64,000 nucleotides of DNA. Source: Candidatus Saccharimonadota bacterium (GTDB lineage: Bacteria > Patescibacteriota > Saccharimonadia > Saccharimonadales > Saccharimonadaceae). How positions within the stretch are numbered: the first letter of the stretch is position 1; each line of letters begins with the position of its first letter. Positions 58,110-64,000 of this stretch are shown here, piece by piece. The notes under the pieces are model-generated. The model ran no database searches and was not told the DNA's origin. It saw nothing but the letters and a program-made list of their open reading frames with translations. The stretch covers positions 160,502 to 224,501 of the forward strand of contig JAFWEN010000002.1 in assembly GCA_017512925.1 (NCBI GenBank), in the 5' to 3' direction. A program made the position numbers and the translations under genes.

Positions 58110-58697
58110 ATGTGGCATGAGCTAATGTCTAGAATAGTGAGGTGGTTAGACCCGAAATTGGATAAATACAGAGTGAAACGGGAACAGCCGAAAAAAGTTG
58201 AACCACCAAAGTACGTACCTAAGACTATGGAAGATTTTGTGGGCGTAATTAGAAGAACTCCTAAGGCGGTGCTTGGTGAAGTGGAGCGTGCACGAATAGC
58301 AGCAGTGATGAGTTTTGATGATAGAGTGGTGGCGGATATCATGACGAAGAAAAGTGAAATGGTGTTTGTGAATGAGAAGGATTTTTTGGGTCCGCTGATG
58401 TTAGACAAACTTTATAAATCTGGGTTTACGAATTTCCCGGTGGTGGATAATAATCATCATGTGAAGGGAATAATTCACACTGAGGCTTTGAACGCATTAG
58501 AAATTAAAAAGACTGATCGGGCGGCGAAATATATGGACAAAGAAGTAGCGTATTTACATGAAAAAGATACTCTGGCATTTGTGGTGGAAGAGATTGAACG
58601 AACGAATGGATATTATTATTTGGTTTTGGATGAGAAGGAGGCTTTGGCGGGATTTTTTACGGTACAGACGCTTCTCGATTATTTACTGGGAATATGA
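58110..58697 (+). CDS. CBS domain protein
   Basis: VADIMT, SGFTNFPVVD, paired CBS motifs. Confidence 0.8.
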   Translation: MWHELMSRIVRWLDPKLDKYRVKREQPKKVEPPKYVPKTMEDFVGVIRRTPKAVLGEVERARIAAVMSFDDRVVADIMTKKSEMVFVNEKDFLGPLMLDKLYKSGFTNFPVVDNNHHVKGIIHTEALNALEIKKTDRAAKYMDKEVAYLHEKDTLAFVVEEIERTNGYYYLVLDEKEALAGFFTVQTLLDYLLGI

Positions 58698-58710
58698 TAT
58701 AATATAATTT

Positions 58711-60474
58711 ATGAGAATTTTAACTGATAAACTAGAAGATTTTTTGGGCAAAGAGGTTATGGTAGAAGGATGGGTGAATTCCCGTCGCGATCATGGTGGT
58801 TTGATTTTTATTGATCTTAGAGACCATAAAGGAATTATTCAGTTGGTGGTGACACCTGAGAATAAGGTGGCGTTTGAGTTGGCGGAGAGCGTGAGAGATG
58901 AATATGTACTAAAAGCTATGGGTAAGATGCGCGAACGTGAACCTGACTTAGTAAACCCAAATATTCCAACGGGCAAAATTGAACTAGTGGTATCAGAATT
59001 AACTCTACTAAATAAGAGCGAGCCTTTGCCGGTAAATACGCATGATGATGGTGAAAAATCTTCTGAGGAGATGCGTTTAAAATATCGTTATTTGGATTTG
59101 CGTCGTCCTTCAATGCAAAAACTATTGAGAGAGCGGGCGCGATTTTATGGATTTATGCGTGCGTATATGGAAGAACACGACTTCGTAGAAGTGACTACGC
59201 CTATATTGGCGAATTCTTCACCGGAAGGGGCACGTGACTTCTTGATTCCTTCTAGACTTCATACTGGTAAGTTTTATGCTTTGCCACAGGCGCCACAGCA
59301 GTTTAAGCAGTTATTGATGGTGGGTGGTGTACCTAGGTATTATCAGATTGCGCCGTGTTTCCGCGATGAGGACCCTAGGGCAGATAGATTGTACGGTGAT
59401 TTTTATCAGCTAGATTTGGAAATGGCTTTTGTTGATAATGGTGAAACGGTACGAGAAGAGATGGAACCTTTGATGAAATCTTTAGTGAAAGATTTTGCTG
59501 GGAAGAAATTGATTTCTGAAAAAATACCACGGATTTCATATACAGATGCAATGGAAAATTATGGTACAGATAAGCCTGACTTGCGCTATGATATGAAATT
59601 GGTGGAATTGACAGATGCTTTTAGCAAGACCGATTTTAAGGTTTTTAAGGCGCCATGCGTGAAGGCGATTTGTGTGAAAGGCGGAGCTAAGCTCACACGA
59701 CGCGAGATTGATGAATTTACGGAAAAGGCGCGCAAGCTTGGAGCGGGTGGACTGGCATATATATTATATAGTGACGGAGAGGCAAAGTCGCCGATTTTGA
59801 AGTTCATGTCTGAGGCAGAGATAAAGGCTGTGCGCGAGAGGACTGGCGCGGAAGATGGGGATGCGGTGTTCTTTGGCGCGGATGAGCGTGCGCTCGTGAA
59901 TAAGGTGTTAGGGCAGCTTAGGATTGCGTTTGCGAAACATTTTGGTCTAGAAGATGAGAAGAAAGTGGCGCTGTGCTGGATTGTGGACTTTCCGTTCTAC
60001 GAGTGGGACGAGAAGAATAAGAAGCTAGATTTTGGGCATAACCCATTCTCTATGCCGAAGGGTGGGCTCCCGGCGCTGGAGAACGCGAAAACTGACGAGG
60101 AGAAGCTTGCAATAGTAGCAGATCAGTATGACATGGTGATGAATGGTTGTGAAATCTGTTCTGGTGCAGTACGAAATTATAATCCGGAAATTATGTATAA
60201 GGTATTTAATATACTTGGTTATAATAATGAATATGTAGAGGCGAGATTTGGTGGGATGCTGAACGCGTTTAAGTTTGGTGCGCCACCGCATGCAGGATGT
60301 GCGTTTGGGATTGAAAGAATATTCATGGTGCTGACTGGTACGGAAAATATTCGTGATATTGTGGCGTTCCCGAAGAACGGGGCGGGGGTAGATTTGATGA
60401 TGAACTCGCCGTCTAGTGTAGATGCTGTACAGCTCGAAGAGACACATCTGGCTGTGATACCAGAGGAAGATTAA
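58711..60474 (+). CDS. aspS: Aspartate-tRNA ligase
   Basis: RRDHGGLIFIDLRD, PEGARDF, PQQFKQ, CFRDED, GAPPHAG. Confidence 0.98.
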   Translation: MRILTDKLEDFLGKEVMVEGWVNSRRDHGGLIFIDLRDHKGIIQLVVTPENKVAFELAESVRDEYVLKAMGKMREREPDLVNPNIPTGKIELVVSELTLLNKSEPLPVNTHDDGEKSSEEMRLKYRYLDLRRPSMQKLLRERARFYGFMRAYMEEHDFVEVTTPILANSSPEGARDFLIPSRLHTGKFYALPQAPQQFKQLLMVGGVPRYYQIAPCFRDEDPRADRLYGDFYQLDLEMAFVDNGETVREEMEPLMKSLVKDFAGKKLISEKIPRISYTDAMENYGTDKPDLRYDMKLVELTDAFSKTDFKVFKAPCVKAICVKGGAKLTRREIDEFTEKARKLGAGGLAYILYSDGEAKSPILKFMSEAEIKAVRERTGAEDGDAVFFGADERALVNKVLGQLRIAFAKHFGLEDEKKVALCWIVDFPFYEWDEKNKKLDFGHNPFSMPKGGLPALENAKTDEEKLAIVADQYDMVMNGCEICSGAVRNYNPEIMYKVFNILGYNNEYVEARFGGMLNAFKFGAPPHAGCAFGIERIFMVLTGTENIRDIVAFPKNGAGVDLMMNSPSSVDAVQLEETHLAVIPEED

Positions 60475-60498
60475 AAAAGGACCCGAAAGGGTCTTTTT
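60474..60498. terminator. Bidirectional terminator between aspS and the tRNA-Pro cluster
   Basis: AAAAAGGACCC-GAAA-GGGTCTTTTT. Confidence 0.8.
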
Positions 60499-60573
60499 GG
60501 TCAGGGTGATCAGACTTGAACTGACGACCTCAGCGTCCCGAACGCTGCGCGCTACCAACTGCGCCACACCCTG
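60498..60573 (-). tRNA. tRNA-Pro(CGG)
   Basis: CAGCG TT CGG GA CGCTG; CCA. Confidence 0.95.
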
Positions 60574-60584
60574 AACTGTTAACA

Positions 60585-60649
60585 ATCAGGCTTGAGCTGG
60601 CAACCTTAGCATCCCTACGCCAAAGCGCTACCAACTGCGCCACACCCTG
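60585..60649 (-). pseudogene. Degenerate tRNA-Pro(CGG) duplicate
   Basis: 5' end CAGGGTGTGGCGCAGTTGGTAGCGC identical to the neighbour; anticodon and T arms decayed; no 3' acceptor strand. Confidence 0.75.
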
Positions 60650-60655
60650 TCAAAA

Positions 60656-60731
60656 TGGTCTGGGATAGCAGACTTGAACTGCCGACCTCACGCACCCCAT
60701 GCGTGCGCGCTACCAACTGCGCCAATCCCAG
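60656..60731 (-). tRNA. tRNA-Pro(GGG)
   Basis: CACGC AT GGG GT GCGTG; CCA. Confidence 0.95.
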
Positions 60732-60743
60732 TCGGTGCGAAAA

Positions 60744-60819
60744 TGGTCTGGGTGACAGGACTTGAACCTGCGACCTCGACTTCCCAAAAGTCGCGCGCTA
60801 CCAACTGTGCTACACCCAG
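60744..60819 (-). tRNA. tRNA-Pro(TGG)
   Basis: CGACT TT TGG GA AGTCG; CCA. Confidence 0.95.
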
Positions 60820-60887
60820 ACGGTAGTTTTATTATATCATAATATATTAAAATATGGTAGAATTAAGATAGTAAAGGAGATAAAACT

Positions 60888-62813
60888 GTGCCGGAAAATG
60901 CGCCGAAAAAGCCTGCGGGGCTGACCAATAATTCAAATAAGTCAAATGCGATCAGGACTTTTGTGTTTATGTTCTTGATGATATGCTTGGCGATGTTTTT
61001 GATAATGAATTTTAACTATAGCCAACCGAAAAAGACGGAAGTGGCGATTTCAGAAGTGATTGCGCGGGCAAACGATCCGAATGGCAATATCGCAAAGATT
61101 GAAGTATCTGGCAATACTTTAGACATTACGCTTAAAGGTGAGACGAAAGCAACCGAAACTTCGCGCAAGGATGGAGCGGGGACTTTGTATGATCAAGGGC
61201 TAAAGAATTATTGTGAAGATAAGGAAGGTGATGAGTTAACGAAGTGCCAAGAAACTTATCCGGTGATAGAATACAAAGAAGATGTGAATGTTTGGGGGAT
61301 AGTGCTGGATGTAGCATTGACGGTACTACCAATTATCGCAGTAGTGATTTTCTTTACTTGGATGATGAGACAGGCAACAGCGGCGAATAATCAGTCGATG
61401 GGATTTGGAAAGTCAAAGGCAAGGCTTTATGGTCCAGATAAGAAAAAGGTAACATTTAAGGATGTAGCGGGTAATGAGTCGGCGAAGCAGGATTTGACGG
61501 AAATTGTGGATTTCTTGAAAAATCCGAAGAAGTACGAGAAATTGGGGGCGAAAATCCCGCGAGGTGTATTGCTGGCTGGTAGTCCTGGTACGGGTAAGAC
61601 TTTGATGGCGAGGGCAGTAGCAGGCGAAGCAAGTGTGCCGTTTTTCTCGATTTCTGGTTCAGAATTTGCAGAGATGTTTGTAGGTGTAGGCGCTTCACGC
61701 GTGAGGGACTTGTTTAGTAAGGCGAAGAAGAATGCCCCATCAATTATCTTCATTGATGAGATTGATGCGGTGGCGCATAAACGCGATGCACGTGGTGGTG
61801 CTGGGCGTGAAGATGAGCAGACGTTGAATCAGATTCTGGTAGAAATGGATGGGTTTGATAATGATTCTGGTGTAATCGTAATGGCAGCGACGAACCGAGT
61901 GGACATGTTGGATAAAGCGCTACTTCGTCCTGGGCGGTTTGATCGGCATGTGAATGTAACTTTGCCAGAGCGAAAAGATAGATTGGAGATTCTAAAGGTG
62001 CATTTCAAGGGTAAGCCAGTGGAAGCAGATGTGGATTTAGAAGCTTTAGCGAAGAAGACGGCTGGTTCTTCTGGCGCGGATCTAGCGAATATAGCAAATG
62101 AAGCGGCGATTACGGCGGCGCGAGAAGGACATAAGGCGATCTCCAATGCGGATGTGACTGAAGCTTTTGAGCGAGTGGCGATTGGACCAGAACGCAAGAG
62201 TAAGGTAATGAATGATAAAGAACGTAAAATCACGGCCTACCATGAAGCTGGACATGCGATTGTAGGGCATGTATTGCCAGATAGCGACCCAGTTCATAAA
62301 GTAACGATTATTCCACGTGGCTCTACTGGTGGCGTAACTTGGTTCTTGCCACCGGAAGACAGAAGCTATAAGAGTATTTATGATTTGAAGGATATTTTGG
62401 CGCGGGCAATGGGTGGTCGCGAAGCGGAAAAATTGATTTTTGGGAAGGATGCGATTACGACTGGTGCTTCTTCAGATCTTAAAAATGTGGCAGAGCTTGC
62501 TAAATCTATGATTGTAGAAGAAGGTATGGGTGATGCGACGCGGAATTTGGTGTTCCCGGGTGAAGAAACTGGTTATTATACAATAACTGCTGGCAAGCCG
62601 TATTCAGAAAAGACTTCGGAATTAATTGATTTAGAGATAAAGAAATTGTCTGATGAGGCTACAAAACGAGCGGAAGAGGTTTTGAAAGCAAATAGAGGGG
62701 TTTTGGATAAATTAGCAGAAGAATTGCTTGCGCATGAAACTCTGGAGGAAAAAGAATTGGAGCCAATCTTGAAGGATGCCAAATTGCCAGAGACTGTAAA
62801 ATTGCATAAATAG
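60888..62813 (+). CDS. ftsH: ATP-dependent zinc metalloprotease FtsH
   Basis: Two TMs, GSPGTGKT, IFIDEIDA, ALLRPGRFDR, HEAGH. Confidence 0.98.
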   Translation: MPENAPKKPAGLTNNSNKSNAIRTFVFMFLMICLAMFLIMNFNYSQPKKTEVAISEVIARANDPNGNIAKIEVSGNTLDITLKGETKATETSRKDGAGTLYDQGLKNYCEDKEGDELTKCQETYPVIEYKEDVNVWGIVLDVALTVLPIIAVVIFFTWMMRQATAANNQSMGFGKSKARLYGPDKKKVTFKDVAGNESAKQDLTEIVDFLKNPKKYEKLGAKIPRGVLLAGSPGTGKTLMARAVAGEASVPFFSISGSEFAEMFVGVGASRVRDLFSKAKKNAPSIIFIDEIDAVAHKRDARGGAGREDEQTLNQILVEMDGFDNDSGVIVMAATNRVDMLDKALLRPGRFDRHVNVTLPERKDRLEILKVHFKGKPVEADVDLEALAKKTAGSSGADLANIANEAAITAAREGHKAISNADVTEAFERVAIGPERKSKVMNDKERKITAYHEAGHAIVGHVLPDSDPVHKVTIIPRGSTGGVTWFLPPEDRSYKSIYDLKDILARAMGGREAEKLIFGKDAITTGASSDLKNVAELAKSMIVEEGMGDATRNLVFPGEETGYYTITAGKPYSEKTSELIDLEIKKLSDEATKRAEEVLKANRGVLDKLAEELLAHETLEEKELEPILKDAKLPETVKLHK

Positions 62814-62825
62814 TAAGGAGGAAAA

Positions 62826-64000
62826 ATGGAGCGGTTGATTGAATATTTTGTGCCAGAAAAGTATAAATTGGATTTGACAATTGATAAATTGGCGAAGACG
62901 ATTGGTGGGAAGGTTTTGGTGAAGGGGGAAGCTTTGCGAGAGAATGTGAAGTTCCATGCAGTGGAGCTAAAAATTGAACGGGTACTAGTAAATGGCGAGA
63001 AGGGAAAGTTCAAGTGTGACGGGAAGATTTTGGAAATACTTGACGTGGTACCGGGTGAGGCAGAGATTGAAATTTCTTATCATGGAAATTTGAATGAAAA
63101 TATGGAGGGGGCATATTTATCATCGTATGAATATAAAGGACATACGGAGTGGATTGTGGCGACGCAGTTTGAAAGCCATTATGCGAGAGAGGCGTTTCCG
63201 TGTATAGATGAGCCGGCAGCAAAGGCGGTGTTTGAACTTGTGATTACGACGGCGGGAGATGACAAAGTGCTAGCAAATACGCCAGTGAAAAATGTTGTAA
63301 AAAATACAACATATTTTGAAGAGACGCCGAAGATGAGCACGTATTTGTTGGCGTGGGTAATTGGTGAGTTTCATGGTAGGAGTGTGAAAAATAAACATGG
63401 GGTAGAGATTGCGACTTATGCGCCATTAAACCAAGATATTGATTCGGTGGATTTTGCGAACGAAGTGGCAGCGAAAGCGCTAGATTATTATGATGATAAT
63501 TTTGGGGTACCGTATCCTTTGAAGAAATTGGATCAAGTAGCTTTGCCGGATTTTGAAGCGGGGGCGATGGAAAACTGGGGACTAGTAACGTATCGTGAGT
63601 CAATGCTGTTGGTTTCAAAAAATGCGACGCTTGGAACAAAAAAAGGCGTGGCACTTACGGTGACACACGAGCTGGCGCACCAGTGGTTTGGTGATTTGGT
63701 GACGATGGAATGGTGGGATGATTTGTGGCTAAATGAGTCGTTTGCGAGTGTGATGGAATATTATGCGACGGATTATATTCATCCAGAGTATAAGATTTTT
63801 GAGAATTTCTTTGTGGGGGATGCGCTAGCGGCACTGAGGCGAGATGCTTATAGTGGGGTGCAGTCTGTGCATCAAGAAGTGCATAATCCGGAGGAGATTG
63901 CGACATTGTTTGATCCGGCGATTGTATATGCGAAGGGTGCTCGGCTGATGCTGATGCTGATTCGTGTGATGGGCTGGGAGGATTTTTGCAAGGGTCTAAA
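62826..64000 (+). CDS. pepN: M1 family aminopeptidase, 3'-partial (not in the ORF track)
   Basis: ATQFESHYAREAFPCIDEP, GAMENWG, HELAHQWFG...WLNE read from the sequence. Confidence 0.92.
   Translation, partial: MERLIEYFVPEKYKLDLTIDKLAKTIGGKVLVKGEALRENVKFHAVELKIERVLVNGEKGKFKCDGKILEILDVVPGEAEIEISYHGNLNENMEGAYLSSYEYKGHTEWIVATQFESHYAREAFPCIDEPAAKAVFELVITTAGDDKVLANTPVKNVVKNTTYFEETPKMSTYLLAWVIGEFHGRSVKNKHGVEIATYAPLNQDIDSVDFANEVAAKALDYYDDNFGVPYPLKKLDQVALPDFEAGAMENWGLVTYRESMLLVSKNATLGTKKGVALTVTHELAHQWFGDLVTMEWWDDLWLNESFASVMEYYATDYIHPEYKIFENFFVGDALAALRRDAYSGVQSVHQEVHNPEEIATLFDPAIVYAKGARLMLMLIRVMGWEDFCKGL

Noticed and set aside
1-64000. CRISPR array, rRNA, prophage structural genes or alternative genetic code
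   Set aside because: No repeat-spacer periodicity, rRNA or capsid/terminase genes were seen; conserved genes are full length in code 11 and TGA is used as a stop

Overview
Chromosomal window of a small-genome bacterium, most likely Saccharibacteria (TM7, Patescibacteria). That assignment is inferred from the PrgI/VirB4 secretion locus, the streamlined housekeeping genes and pervasive leaderless-type promoters. Left to right: (1) a type IV secretion-like locus ending in a three-domain cell-wall hydrolase; (2) dnaJ and rny; (3) a ~17.3-kb island inserted at tRNA-Lys(CTT), bounded by a 19-bp direct repeat (13543-13561 / 30803-30821). It carries a large serine recombinase whose stop codon depends on integration state, a candidate defence cluster (GHKL-ATPase/nuclease, MutH-like nuclease, HTH-Dam, an orphan 177-aa protein, a second methyltransferase, a trypsin-like protease) and three PxTG-tailed surface proteins; (4) MMPL, glmS and surface-glycan genes, including an O-antigen ligase with an in-frame 100-bp palindromic element; (5) pta-glmM-GNAT, dnaK, ruvB, pilin, comEC, yebC, a PilB-like ATPase, aspS, ftsH and pepN. 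There are nine tRNAs plus one degenerate copy, several unannotated microproteins and a candidate structured RNA at ~57.1-57.3 kb. All calls rest on motifs read by eye; no searches were run.
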